Source of the DNA: Nanobdellota archaeon | Lineage (GTDB): Archaea; Nanobdellota; Nanobdellia; Woesearchaeales; GW2011-AR4 | Length of the DNA stretch: 64,000 nucleotides | NCBI GenBank assembly: GCA_038046385.1 | Contig: JBBSWH010000009.1 | Span: 47,039-111,038 of the forward strand | Reading direction: 5' to 3' | Notes under the pieces: generated by a model | Told to the model about the DNA's origin: nothing | Database searches by the model: none | Seen by the model: only the letters and a program-made list of their open reading frames with translations | Shown here: one piece after another, positions 46,654 through 56,521 of the stretch | Position numbering within the stretch: the stretch's first letter is position 1 | Layout of the letters: each line of letters opens with the position of its first letter | Made by a program: the position numbers and the translations under genes

Positions 46654-47771
46654 AAATACCGGTCTGCGAGCCAACATTAATGGGCAATGAGCTGAAGTAT
46701 GTAACAGAGTGCGTTAAAACAGGCTGGGTTTCCTCGTCAGGAAAGTTCATACAAGAATTTGAGGAAAAGTTCAGCGATTACTGCAATGCAAAACACGGGG
46801 CAAGCTGCTCATCCGGAACAGCGGCAATACATCTCGCAATTGAGGCAATGGGAATAGGAAAAGGGGACGAAGTAATAATCCCGACTTTTACGATGATTGG
46901 CGCGTGCAATGCCGTAATATATGCCGGAGCAAAGCCGGTTCTTGTGGATTCTGAAATGTGCACATGGAACATGGACCCGGAAAAAATTGAAGAGAAAATA
47001 ACAAAAAAAACTAAGGCAATAATGGTAATGCATACCTACGGGCACCCGTGCGATATGGACAAAATAAAGAAAATAGCGCACAAACACAGCATTCCAATAA
47101 TAGAGGACGCAGCCGAAGCGCACGGAGCAGAGTATAACGGAAAAAAAACAGGCAGCCTCGGAGACATTGCGTGCTTCAGCTTTTACGCAAATAAGATAAT
47201 GACAACAGGGGAAGGCGGAATGATAGTCACAGACAACAAGAAATGGGCAGAAAATGCAAAATCACTGAGAAACCATTGTTTCGGCGAGCCAAGATTTCTG
47301 CACAAGAAAGTGGGCTATAATTACAGGATGACCAACATACAGGCTGCAATAGGAGTTGCTCAGCTTGAGAAGATAGATGAATATGTGGAAAAAAGAAGAT
47401 CAAATGCAAAACTATACAACAAGCTACTCAACAATGTGAAAGGAATAAAAACCCCTCCAGAGGCAAAATGGGCGAAGAATGTTTACTGGATGTACGGGAT
47501 TCTTGCAAATGAAGATTTTGGTATGAGCATGCCGAAAATCAGGGATGAACTGGCAAAAAATGGCATTGAAACAAGGACATTTTTCATAGGCATGCACAAG
47601 CAGCCGGCTTACACGGCCAAAGATGAAAGGTTTCCGGACTTGAAGGGAAAATATCCTGTATGCGACGAACTTCAAAAAAAAGGGCTTTACCTGCCGTCAT
47701 CAACACACCTTACAAAAGAGCAGATAACTTACGTTGCCAACTCCATTAAATCCATAAAAAAAAGATTATAA
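46650..47771 (+). CDS. DegT-family aminotransferase, GDP-perosamine synthase-like
   Basis: Motifs GWVSSSG, EDAAEAHG, SFYANKIMTTGEGG and GYNYRMTNIQAAIG. It is divergent from gmd. Confidence 0.9.
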   Translation: MKIPVCEPTLMGNELKYVTECVKTGWVSSSGKFIQEFEEKFSDYCNAKHGASCSSGTAAIHLAIEAMGIGKGDEVIIPTFTMIGACNAVIYAGAKPVLVDSEMCTWNMDPEKIEEKITKKTKAIMVMHTYGHPCDMDKIKKIAHKHSIPIIEDAAEAHGAEYNGKKTGSLGDIACFSFYANKIMTTGEGGMIVTDNKKWAENAKSLRNHCFGEPRFLHKKVGYNYRMTNIQAAIGVAQLEKIDEYVEKRRSNAKLYNKLLNNVKGIKTPPEAKWAKNVYWMYGILANEDFGMSMPKIRDELAKNGIETRTFFIGMHKQPAYTAKDERFPDLKGKYPVCDELQKKGLYLPSSTHLTKEQITYVANSIKSIKKRL

Positions 47772-47798
47772 TAAAATTATAAACTCCCGGTTAATTTT

Positions 47799-49289
47799 AT
47801 GAAACAAATTATAAAAAACAAAACTACGCTGCTGGCTCTAATATTGCTATTGGGCTTCTTTTTGAGATTTTACAGCCTTGGCGCAGAAAGCTTTTGGCTC
47901 GATGAAGGCGCAACAGGCCTTGCAATAAAAAAATATTCCCCATTAGAAATCATACAAAACGTAAGAGAAAAAGGGCAGATACTGCCGGATTATTATGCAC
48001 ATAATGATGACTTGCCGGCATATTATGTTCTGCTCAGCTTTTGGTCAAAATTTTTCGGAACAGATGAATTTGCACTGCGAGCATTCTCCGCAGCTTTTGG
48101 ATTCCTTTCAATATTACTGGTATTTTACATCGGGATGGAATTATTTGATCCAAAAACCGCGCTTTTGTCGTCTTTTTTGGCGTCAATAAACCTTACCCTC
48201 CTGTGGTACTCACAGGAAGCAAGACAATATATATTCCTGCTATTCCTCAGCTTATTTTCGGTTTTGATGCTGTTCAAATACCTTAAAGCCCAGAAATCCA
48301 GATTTCTTGCAGGACTCTTCATATCAAATGCCCTGATTGTGTATTCTCAGTTTTCATGGATAATCTTCCTTTGCTTTGAAGGAATTTACATCCTGTACGT
48401 ATCATACAGCAATTTTGTAAAGCATAAAAAAATATATTGGCAGCTTCTGGCTCTTTTTTTGGTTCTGGCGCTTCTTTACATTCCGATAATAGGGAAGGCA
48501 ATTTTCAGCAAAACCGATACTGTAAGGCTTTATGGCAGGCCAGACATAAGGCAGTTTGCAGAGTTTGGAATAAGGCTTGTGACGTGGATGTACCCAAGCG
48601 AACCAATGCGGCAGAAGATTTATGAATTTTCATTTGCCAAATTCAGTTTATTTGAATGGCTTTTGCTATTGTCTACAGCAGCTTTACTATTGCTTATGAT
48701 GGCCTTCTTTTTGATTGGGTTTGCCAAGCTATTTCAAAACAGGAACATATTTTTATTTATTTTATTGATGATGGTTTTTCCAATACTTTTTGCCTTAACA
48801 GTCTCCTTTTTGCACCCAATAATCAACCTTTTCAGCATCAAACAGGTTATTTACGTGATACCTGCGTTTATTTTCGCCGTTTCATTTGGAATCCTCAGCA
48901 CAAAAAAAGCCAAAACAATAGTGGCGGCAGTCATCCTGCTGTCAGCTCTTCCGGTTTTTTCTTATTATGCAAATCCGGACAAACAACAGATAAGAGAAAT
49001 ATCCCAATATATCCCTGCGGACGAGCCTGTGTTCCTTAACATAAGATCAGCTCAGGTAGTATACAAATACTACAGCGGAGAGAAAGAGAACATAAACGGA
49101 GTTACAAGCGTTGATGAGTTAAAAAACAAATTAAAAGATAAAAATGATTTCTGGGTGATATTGACTTTTACAAAATATTCAGATCCAAAAGGCAATATTA
49201 AAGATTATCTCAGCAGAAATTACATGCTCTCAGAGAAAAAAACATATTTTGACGTTGAAGCGCTACATTACAAAACAGCAGCCCCTTAA
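47799..49289 (+). CDS. GT-C (ArnT/PMT_2, GT39-like) membrane glycosyltransferase
   Basis: Motifs LRFY.L...SFWLDE, PAYY, ALR.FS and YSQEARQY across multiple TMs. Confidence 0.88.
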   Translation: MKQIIKNKTTLLALILLLGFFLRFYSLGAESFWLDEGATGLAIKKYSPLEIIQNVREKGQILPDYYAHNDDLPAYYVLLSFWSKFFGTDEFALRAFSAAFGFLSILLVFYIGMELFDPKTALLSSFLASINLTLLWYSQEARQYIFLLFLSLFSVLMLFKYLKAQKSRFLAGLFISNALIVYSQFSWIIFLCFEGIYILYVSYSNFVKHKKIYWQLLALFLVLALLYIPIIGKAIFSKTDTVRLYGRPDIRQFAEFGIRLVTWMYPSEPMRQKIYEFSFAKFSLFEWLLLLSTAALLLLMMAFFLIGFAKLFQNRNIFLFILLMMVFPILFALTVSFLHPIINLFSIKQVIYVIPAFIFAVSFGILSTKKAKTIVAAVILLSALPVFSYYANPDKQQIREISQYIPADEPVFLNIRSAQVVYKYYSGEKENINGVTSVDELKNKLKDKNDFWVILTFTKYSDPKGNIKDYLSRNYMLSEKKTYFDVEALHYKTAAP

Positions 49290-49303
49290 TCGCAAGCAAT
49301 TTC

Positions 49304-49945
49304 CTATTTTTCTATGACAGCAACTATGTACAAAAACATGGTTTTCCAGTCCAGCCTGATTTTGTAATTTACATTAAGCTCTTTAACCTGGTTAGAAAGC
49401 ATCCTGTAACTGTAAAACCTGTGCTCGTCCCACGGATAAATTCTGTTGAGGCCAGGGACTCTAGAAAAAATATAGTATAAGTAGTATGGAGAATAGACGG
49501 ACGGCACAAGCACAACTATTTTCCCTCCTTTTTTTGTTACCCTTATCATTTCCTGCAGCGGCCTGCTGTTTATCCTATCATCATCAAAATGCTCTATGAC
49601 CCCTGCGTTGAAAACTATGTCAAATGTGCCGTCTCTGAATTTCATATTCTGAATATTGTCTATAAGAAGGGAGTATTTTTCCTTCCGGATGCCGTTCTTT
49701 GAAAATTTTTTTTTTGATATGTCGAGAGCCTTTTTTGATATATCTGTTCCAGTGACCTTTTTGGCTTTTTTTGCTATAACAACCAGGGTTTCTGACGTGC
49801 CGCATCCGGCTTCCAGCACATTTTTATTTTTTAAATTGCCCAGATAACCTAATGGCACGCCTGCAAAATAATGTTTTCTTGCAAAATCCACAATACGGTT
49901 CAAAACGCTTCCAGATTTCCAGAAGCCTTCCCAATCTTCCGCCAT
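49304..49945 (-). CDS. Class I SAM-dependent methyltransferase
   Basis: Motifs VLEAGCG, FDIVFNAGVIEHF and RVTKKGG. Confidence 0.88.
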   Translation of the reverse strand: MAEDWEGFWKSGSVLNRIVDFARKHYFAGVPLGYLGNLKNKNVLEAGCGTSETLVVIAKKAKKVTGTDISKKALDISKKKFSKNGIRKEKYSLLIDNIQNMKFRDGTFDIVFNAGVIEHFDDDRINSRPLQEMIRVTKKGGKIVVLVPSVYSPYYLYYIFSRVPGLNRIYPWDEHRFYSYRMLSNQVKELNVNYKIRLDWKTMFLYIVAVIEK

Positions 49946-50009
49946 AAAGGCAAACCTTTTATATCTCTTTAAATAAATTGCTATCTAAATAACAGCCAAT
50001 TTTGACGCA

Positions 50010-50756
50010 ATGGAAAAAAGAGAATATTCTTTGATGTTTGAGACAGAAAATGAACACTGGTGGTTCAAAGGCAAGAGAAACATAATCTCCTCCCAAATCA
50101 AAAAATACATAACTGGCAATAAAAACACTATCCTTGACATAGGCTGCGGAACAGGCATAATGACTGCTTCCCTGAAAAAATATGGGGATGTTGTCGGGCT
50201 GGATTACGAAATTGAAGCGCTTAGATTTTGCGGCAGAAGAGGGCTGAAAAATTTAGTGAACGCGGACATAATGAAGATGCCATTTAAAAAAAACACTTTT
50301 GATGCAGTCTGCATGTTTGACGTACTTTACCACAAGGCAATAAACTCCGACAAAAATGCCCTGGCAAGGATACACTATGTGCTAAAGCCGCATGGGTTTT
50401 TAATCCTGACAGATGCAGCTGATATAGGGGTAAAGAGCAGGCACGACATTGCAACTCATGTAAGGGAAAGATATACCAAAGACAAAATGTCAGGGCTTCT
50501 TTTGCAGTCTGGCTTTAAACTGAGGAGAATCAGCTATTTCAACACATTTTTATATCCTGCGATATACATTGCAAGGGCACTTGACAACGCAATAAACTCC
50601 GGCAAACCTGCAAAATCCAATATAAAAAAATCCGGAAGCTTTGTGAACGGCATGCTTTACAGAATAATGGCGCTTGAGGGAGCCATAATGAAAAAATCAA
50701 ACCTTCCGTTTGGAGTGTCAATATTTGCAGTAGCGGAAAAAATCCCGAAACAATAA
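50010..50756 (+). CDS. Class I SAM-dependent methyltransferase
   Basis: Motifs EHWWF, ILDIGCGTG, FDVLYH, HD...H.RERY and PFGVS. Confidence 0.88.
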   Translation: MEKREYSLMFETENEHWWFKGKRNIISSQIKKYITGNKNTILDIGCGTGIMTASLKKYGDVVGLDYEIEALRFCGRRGLKNLVNADIMKMPFKKNTFDAVCMFDVLYHKAINSDKNALARIHYVLKPHGFLILTDAADIGVKSRHDIATHVRERYTKDKMSGLLLQSGFKLRRISYFNTFLYPAIYIARALDNAINSGKPAKSNIKKSGSFVNGMLYRIMALEGAIMKKSNLPFGVSIFAVAEKIPKQ

Positions 50757-50814
50757 AATAAATTTAAATACCCATCTTTATATTCCTATTTTTCAATAAA
50801 AACCCAAACTGAAA

Positions 50815-51513
50815 ATGCAAAAAAATATTTCTGTCATACTCCCGACTTATAATGAGGGAATGAATATAGCTGAAATGATAAACGGAATAAACAGTAACAT
50901 AAAAAATCTCAGAGAAATAATAGTTGTGGACGATAACAGCCCGGACGGAACCGGTCTGAAAGCCAAAAGGATGAAAAACACCCGCGTTATAATCAGAAAA
51001 AAAGAACGCGGGGTCGGCTCTGCTGTTTATCGCGGAATCAAAGCAGCCAAGGGAGATATAATCGCATGGATGGACTGCGATCTTTCGATGCCTCCGGAAG
51101 CCCTTGCCAGAATGATAGAATCCCTTGATATTTATGACGTTGCTGTCGGCTCAAGATATGCTCCCGGAGGAAGAGATAAGAGAGATGCTCTCAGGGTGAT
51201 AACAAGCAGGGCAATAAACCTTATGGCAAATTTTGTCCTTAATTTCAAAGTCAAGGACTACGGCAGCGGATTCGTTGCGACAAAAAAAAGCGTTCTTGAA
51301 AAAGTTATTTTTGACCCGAAAGGGCACGGTGAATACTGCATAGAGTTCCTCTATAAATGCACAAGGAAAAACCTAAAAATAAGGGAAGTAGGCTATGTTT
51401 TCGAGGACAGGAAGAAGGGAACATCAAAATCAAACGAATCTTTGTTTAAATTCCTGAAATTCGGGGTCCAGTATGCGCTGAGAATTCTAAGGATAAGGAT
51501 GGTCAATCCGTAA
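50815..51513 (+). CDS. Glycosyltransferase family 2 (dolichol-phosphate mannosyltransferase-like)
   Basis: Motifs ILPTYNE, VDDNSPDGT, MDCDLS, VGSRY and F.DR..G.SK. Confidence 0.92.
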   Translation: MQKNISVILPTYNEGMNIAEMINGINSNIKNLREIIVVDDNSPDGTGLKAKRMKNTRVIIRKKERGVGSAVYRGIKAAKGDIIAWMDCDLSMPPEALARMIESLDIYDVAVGSRYAPGGRDKRDALRVITSRAINLMANFVLNFKVKDYGSGFVATKKSVLEKVIFDPKGHGEYCIEFLYKCTRKNLKIREVGYVFEDRKKGTSKSNESLFKFLKFGVQYALRILRIRMVNP

Positions 51514-51572
51514 AACTAATCCACATATGCCCATTAGAAACATATTTAAATCGTCCTTCTTTAGTCTGCTAC

Positions 51573-52469
51573 ATGCAAATAGCAGTGACAATACCGGCAT
51601 ATAACGAAGAGGATACAATAGCCGGAGTGATAAACGACATACACGCAGTTATGAAAGGCCGCAGGTATAACTATAAGGTTTTGGTGGTTGATGACGGCTC
51701 CTCAGACAGGACTGCTGCGATTGCAAAAAAGGCAGGAGCCATAGTATACTCCCATCCAAAAAACTACGGTCTTGCTGAGGCATTCAAGTCAGAAATAAAA
51801 AAAGCGCTTGAGCTAAAAGCAGACATTATTGTTCATACAGATGCTGACGGACAGTATCTTGCAAAAGAAATCCCAAAGCTTATTGATGAAGTGCAAAAAG
51901 GAAACGATCTTGTTCTTGGCAGCAGATTCAAGGGAAAAATCGAGAGCATGCCCCTAATAAAAAGAATGGGTAACATTGCATTTTCAAGGGTTATATCAAA
52001 CATCGTAGAATTGAAAATCTCAGATGCACAGACTGGCTTTAGGGCCTTTACAAAAGAAGTCGCAAATGATATACATATTATCTCTGACCACACTTATACG
52101 CAGGAGCAGGTGATAAAAGCAGTTCGCCAGAAATTCAGGATAAAAGAAATTCCAATTTACTTTGCAAAAAGAAAAGACAAGAGCAGGCTGATAAGCACTC
52201 CTTTTGGATATGCGACAAGGGCATGGATAAACATAATAAGGATATACCGGGATTACAAGCCGCTGAAATTTTTTGGTGTCATCGGCGCAATTATTTTTGC
52301 TTTTGGATTTGTTCTTGGGCTTTATCTTACTTATATCCAGCTGTTTGCAGAGGGCATAAACAGGCATCTCCCGCTGACGATGCTTGACATTCTGGTTTTG
52401 AGCATCGGGCTGCAGATTATAATATTCGGCTTTGTAGCCGACATGATGAAGAACAATTTTCAGAATTGA
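51573..52469 (+). CDS. Glycosyltransferase family 2 with two C-terminal TMs (polyprenol-phosphate glycosyltransferase)
   Basis: Motifs IPAYNEE, VDDGSSD, DADGQY, GSRF, DAQTGFRAF and PLKFF followed by 2 TMs. Confidence 0.92.
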   Translation: MQIAVTIPAYNEEDTIAGVINDIHAVMKGRRYNYKVLVVDDGSSDRTAAIAKKAGAIVYSHPKNYGLAEAFKSEIKKALELKADIIVHTDADGQYLAKEIPKLIDEVQKGNDLVLGSRFKGKIESMPLIKRMGNIAFSRVISNIVELKISDAQTGFRAFTKEVANDIHIISDHTYTQEQVIKAVRQKFRIKEIPIYFAKRKDKSRLISTPFGYATRAWINIIRIYRDYKPLKFFGVIGAIIFAFGFVLGLYLTYIQLFAEGINRHLPLTMLDILVLSIGLQIIIFGFVADMMKNNFQN

Positions 52470-52478
52470 TTTTAATTT

Positions 52479-53525
52479 CTATACTTTTCCGGCTGTTTTC
52501 AATGTTGTAAATTCAACATCTTTATGATTTTTCGCAAATGATATGAACTTTTCAAGGTCTTTGCAAACCTGAGTTGCGCTTCCGTCTTTTTTTGTGGCTT
52601 CTGAGCTGTGTGTTATGACAACAAAAACAAACGGCTTTTTTGACCTGTCAGCATTATTGTAATACTCCAGGAACGCTTTTTCAAGAAGGACAGAATTCAC
52701 AGGATCTGCTCTCATTTTTATCCCAAAAAAGCTGAAAGTTGCAATAGGAATCTCTGTTACACCTGAATTATGAGATATAGATTGGTAGTCTAACGTGCTT
52801 AATTTCCAAGGATAATGCATGCTGACTTTGCTCCAGTCATATTTCATCGTGTCATCTGAATGGCCTTTGATTCCCGGCACTGCTGAACTGTCTATTTTAA
52901 ACCCAAATTCTCCGATTGCCTTAGCCCCGTCTGTGTCAATGGCCCAGTTGCCCCACCTGAAGCTTACAAGGTTTTTTTCTGCATTTGCTCCAATATTCTC
53001 CTCTACAAGCTTTTTTGCAGCTGAAACAAGCTCTAATTTTTCCCCGTAATCATAGAAGAAAGCGCTTGTTGCAGGAAATTTCCTTGACAATTTATGCTGC
53101 AGCGCTAGGTCAGAGTCAGGATGCAGGTGCAGCCCAATCTCGTGCTTGTTTTTTATTAATTTGTTTAGTTCCTTTTTTATCAATATCAATTCTTTCCCTT
53201 TGCTTGAAAAGCAGTTTGTTGATATGAAGAATGTTGTTTTTATTTTATATTTTTTAAAAATGTTTAGCAGGTTCCCTATGCCATAATAATACCCCTGATA
53301 AGCCTTTGGATTTTCAATCTGCCAGACTCTTCTTTCGCTGCCTTCAACATATCCTGATTCTGTGTCTGTTGTTATTGCGACAATGAACTTGTGTTTTTTT
53401 GGCTTGTTTTTTCCATTAAGGCCATTTACGCTTATTCCAAAAGACATAAAACTTAGCAGGGATTTTCCAATCTTTGACGACGAAGCCCTATAAATAAGCA
53501 GCTTTATGCCCAATCCTAAATTCAT
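52479..53525 (-). CDS. Polysaccharide deacetylase-like (NodB/WalW-type) protein
   Basis: Motifs ITTDTE, TTFF, HEIGLHLHP, SFRWG, DSS and EIP. Confidence 0.78.
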   Translation of the reverse strand: MNLGLGIKLLIYRASSSKIGKSLLSFMSFGISVNGLNGKNKPKKHKFIVAITTDTESGYVEGSERRVWQIENPKAYQGYYYGIGNLLNIFKKYKIKTTFFISTNCFSSKGKELILIKKELNKLIKNKHEIGLHLHPDSDLALQHKLSRKFPATSAFFYDYGEKLELVSAAKKLVEENIGANAEKNLVSFRWGNWAIDTDGAKAIGEFGFKIDSSAVPGIKGHSDDTMKYDWSKVSMHYPWKLSTLDYQSISHNSGVTEIPIATFSFFGIKMRADPVNSVLLEKAFLEYYNNADRSKKPFVFVVITHSSEATKKDGSATQVCKDLEKFISFAKNHKDVEFTTLKTAGKV

Positions 53526-54724
53526 TTTAGCACCTTTTTGTACAAATCTTCAAATTTTTTTGAGATTTCTTGCCATGAGTAGTTATTTTTTACAAATGCT
53601 GATGCGTTTTTTCCCAATAATTCCCTTTTTTTCGGATTATCCAGCAGACTGACAACAGCCTTTGAAATTTTATCTGAACTTTTTTGTTTTATTATTATTC
53701 CATTGACGCTGTTTTTAATAACAAATTTTATCCCGCCAACATCAGTTCCTATGACGGCGCAGCCGGAAGACATTGCCTCAAGCAGCGATAATCCGAGGGC
53801 TTCTGTTCCGGTTTTGTTTGACAATGACGGAAGGATAAAAATATCGGCCATATTGTAATATTTTGAAACGTCTGATGACGGAAGCGCACCAAGAAAATCA
53901 ACATTACCCTGAACACTGTTTAATTTAATTTTTTGCCGCAGTTCTTTTTCATAAGGCCCTTCGCCTATGACTATAAGCTTTACAGAATCATCATGGCTTA
54001 ATATTGCAGGCATGGCTTCTATAACATACTGCAGGCCCTTCTGATCGCTTAATCTTCCAACAAAAACAAGCAGCTTGTTTTTTGAATACTTCGCCGGCTT
54101 TTTTATAGCTCTTTTTTTGAATATGTCAATATCCACTCCCATAGGGATTACTGCAATTTTTTCTTTGAATTCAGGAAATCTACTGACAAGTTCATCAGCC
54201 GCAGCCTTATTTGCAGTTATAAAATCGGCATTTTTGCAGACAAAGCGCTGCAATCCCATAAGCATTCTGTTTTTCAGCGGAAACAGGTCGCTTCCGTGAA
54301 TTGTAACAATCAAAGGAACATTATAGATTTTTTTCAGCCAAACCCCCACAAGGCCCTGGGGAAGCATCCAGTGAGCATGAACAAGGTTTATCCTCTCATT
54401 TTTGATTATTTTTTTGGCAGCAAAGAATTCTGAAATTATAAGAAAAGGCATCTGGATTGTTGCAAGCAAGCTGTTTTTCATATTAGGTATAATCCCTCCA
54501 CCATAGCAAATCTTTTGCATGCTTTCCGGCTTGAAGTATGCAAATCTTCTCACATCAAGCCCTTCCATTTTCTCTATTTTCAAAGAGTTTTTGTCGTGCG
54601 GCGCAAGCGCAACTATATTAAACGCTGAAATGAGCCTTTTTGAGAGGTCAAAAACGAACCTTGGAGTGGAGTCTCCCGAGTACCTTGGGAATGTGCTTGC
54701 CATAACAAGTACGTTGTTTTTCAT
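53522..54724 (-). CDS. Glycosyltransferase family 4
   Basis: Motifs HAHW.LPQG, TIHGSD, FVGRLSDQKG and EALGLSLLEAM. Confidence 0.92.
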   Translation of the reverse strand: MKNNVLVMASTFPRYSGDSTPRFVFDLSKRLISAFNIVALAPHDKNSLKIEKMEGLDVRRFAYFKPESMQKICYGGGIIPNMKNSLLATIQMPFLIISEFFAAKKIIKNERINLVHAHWMLPQGLVGVWLKKIYNVPLIVTIHGSDLFPLKNRMLMGLQRFVCKNADFITANKAAADELVSRFPEFKEKIAVIPMGVDIDIFKKRAIKKPAKYSKNKLLVFVGRLSDQKGLQYVIEAMPAILSHDDSVKLIVIGEGPYEKELRQKIKLNSVQGNVDFLGALPSSDVSKYYNMADIFILPSLSNKTGTEALGLSLLEAMSSGCAVIGTDVGGIKFVIKNSVNGIIIKQKSSDKISKAVVSLLDNPKKRELLGKNASAFVKNNYSWQEISKKFEDLYKKVLK

Positions 54725-54808
54725 GCTTTATCCGGGCTTTACACCCTTTAAATGCCTTATGAACGTGTTTTTAAAAAGCTTTTTAAATGTAATAGCTAAA
54801 CTTAGCAT

Positions 54809-55510
54809 ATGCAGGTTGTAATACTTTGCGGGGGCAAGGGCACTAGGCTAAGCGAGTATACAGAGGAAATACCAAAGCCGCTTGTGGCAATAGGCAAAAA
54901 GCCCATAATCCATCATCTGATGGAGATGTATTCTTCGTATGGGCATACCGATTTCATATTGTGCCTTGGCTATAAAGGCAATAAAATAGAGAATTATTTC
55001 AAGAACAACAAGGCCAGCAAAAAGTGGAATATATCTTTTGCGCAGACCGGAGAGAACTCTACAAAAGCAGAAAGGCTGATTAAAGTGCGTAAAATGATAA
55101 AAGGAAAGATTTTTCTTGTTTCCTATGGCGACGACTTAAGCGACGTTGATATAAATAAAGTTGTTCTGCATCACGAGAAAAGCAAAAAAACAGTCACTCT
55201 TACAGCAGTTCCGCTAGTTTCCCCTTTTGGAGTAATAGACATAAACAAAAAAAATGAAGCAGTTAAATTCAGGGAAAAACCAAAACTTGACAGCTGGATG
55301 AACGGAGGATTTTATGTTATGGACAAAAAAATATTTGATTTCTTAAATCCCCGGCAGGAACTGGAAAAAGATGCTTTTGAGAATCTTTCTGCAAAAAAAC
55401 AGATTTCAGTTTACAGGCACAATGGATTCTGGAAGTCGATGAATACTTTAAAAGATGTTCTTGAGCTTAATGATATGCACAATCGGGGAGAAACGCCATG
55501 GATAAAATAA
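54809..55510 (+). CDS. rfbF: Glucose-1-phosphate cytidylyltransferase (RfbF-like)
   Basis: Motifs LCGGKGTRLSEYT..IPKPLV, LGYKG, YGD, NGGF and HNGFWKSMNT. It lies directly upstream of an RfbG-like gene. Confidence 0.8.
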   Translation: MQVVILCGGKGTRLSEYTEEIPKPLVAIGKKPIIHHLMEMYSSYGHTDFILCLGYKGNKIENYFKNNKASKKWNISFAQTGENSTKAERLIKVRKMIKGKIFLVSYGDDLSDVDINKVVLHHEKSKKTVTLTAVPLVSPFGVIDINKKNEAVKFREKPKLDSWMNGGFYVMDKKIFDFLNPRQELEKDAFENLSAKKQISVYRHNGFWKSMNTLKDVLELNDMHNRGETPWIK

Positions 55511-56511
55511 ACTGGAAAAAAACAAAAGTCCTTGTGACAGGAGCGGATGGATTTATCGGAAGCCATGTGGCAAAAGAGCTTGCGGACAGGGGATCAGAAG
55601 TCACTGCTATTGTTCGTGATATAAAAAAACAGAGCAATATCGATGTTCTCGGATTAAAAAATAAACTCAATATAATCCATGGAGACCTTGTAAACTTTGA
55701 GGACTGCGAAAGGTGCTTTAATGAATATGAAATAGAATTTTGCTTTCACATTGCCGCACAGGCAATTGTAGGGCCGGCAAACAGAAGCCCGCTGTCAACA
55801 TTTGAATCAAACATAAAAGGAACATGGAACATTTTAGAGGCTGCAAGAAATTCAAAGATGATAAAGGGGCTGGTTATAGCCTCATCAGACAAGGCATACG
55901 GACAGCAAAAAAAATTGCCGTATACGGAAGAATCCCCACTGAACGGGTATTATCCTTATGATGCATCCAAAGCATGCGCAGAAATTCTTGCAAGATGCTA
56001 TTTTATGACATACAAAATTCCGCTGGCAATAACGAGGAATGCCAACACTTATGGGCCGGCAGATATGAACTTCAGCCGCATAATCCCGGATGTGATAACC
56101 AGGCTGATTAAAGGGGAAGAGCCGGTAATAAGAAGCGACGGAACTCCGGAAAGGGATTACATGTTCATAGAAGATGCAGTCAGCGCATACATTACTCTTG
56201 CAGAAAATCTTCACAGAAAAGAAATTGTCGGGGAAGCATTCAATTTCGGCACAGGAAAGCCAATAAGCGTGACTGAGCTTTACAGCAAAATAATAAAAAT
56301 AATGGGAAGCAAGGCAAAGCCTAAAATCCTTGGCGAAGCGAAGAACGAGATTGACAGGCAGTACCTTGACTCAAGCAAGGCAAAAAATATGCTGAAGTGG
56401 GAAGCAAAATACAGCATAGATGCAGGCCTTAAAAAAACCATTGAATGGTACAAATCACACCTAAAATCTCAGAAATCTTCGATTTCTGATGATGCTCAAA
56501 AATCCGGGTGA
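55498..56511 (+). CDS. rfbG: CDP-glucose 4,6-dehydratase-like extended SDR
   Basis: Motifs W...VLVTGADGFIG, HIAAQAIV, SSDKAY, PYDASK, N.YGPADMNFSRIIP and AFNFG. Confidence 0.78.
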   Translation: MDKINWKKTKVLVTGADGFIGSHVAKELADRGSEVTAIVRDIKKQSNIDVLGLKNKLNIIHGDLVNFEDCERCFNEYEIEFCFHIAAQAIVGPANRSPLSTFESNIKGTWNILEAARNSKMIKGLVIASSDKAYGQQKKLPYTEESPLNGYYPYDASKACAEILARCYFMTYKIPLAITRNANTYGPADMNFSRIIPDVITRLIKGEEPVIRSDGTPERDYMFIEDAVSAYITLAENLHRKEIVGEAFNFGTGKPISVTELYSKIIKIMGSKAKPKILGEAKNEIDRQYLDSSKAKNMLKWEAKYSIDAGLKKTIEWYKSHLKSQKSSISDDAQKSG

Positions 56512-56521
56512 TTTTTGACAT
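56469..56521. repeat. Twin-hairpin palindromic unit, copy 3 (inverted relative to copies 1-2)
   Basis: TCAGAAATC-TTC-GATTTCTGA-TGATGC-TCAAAAATC-CGGGT-GATTTTTGA-CAT. Its reverse complement shares ATGTCAAAAATC and GATTTTTGAGCAT with copy 1. Confidence 0.75.
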
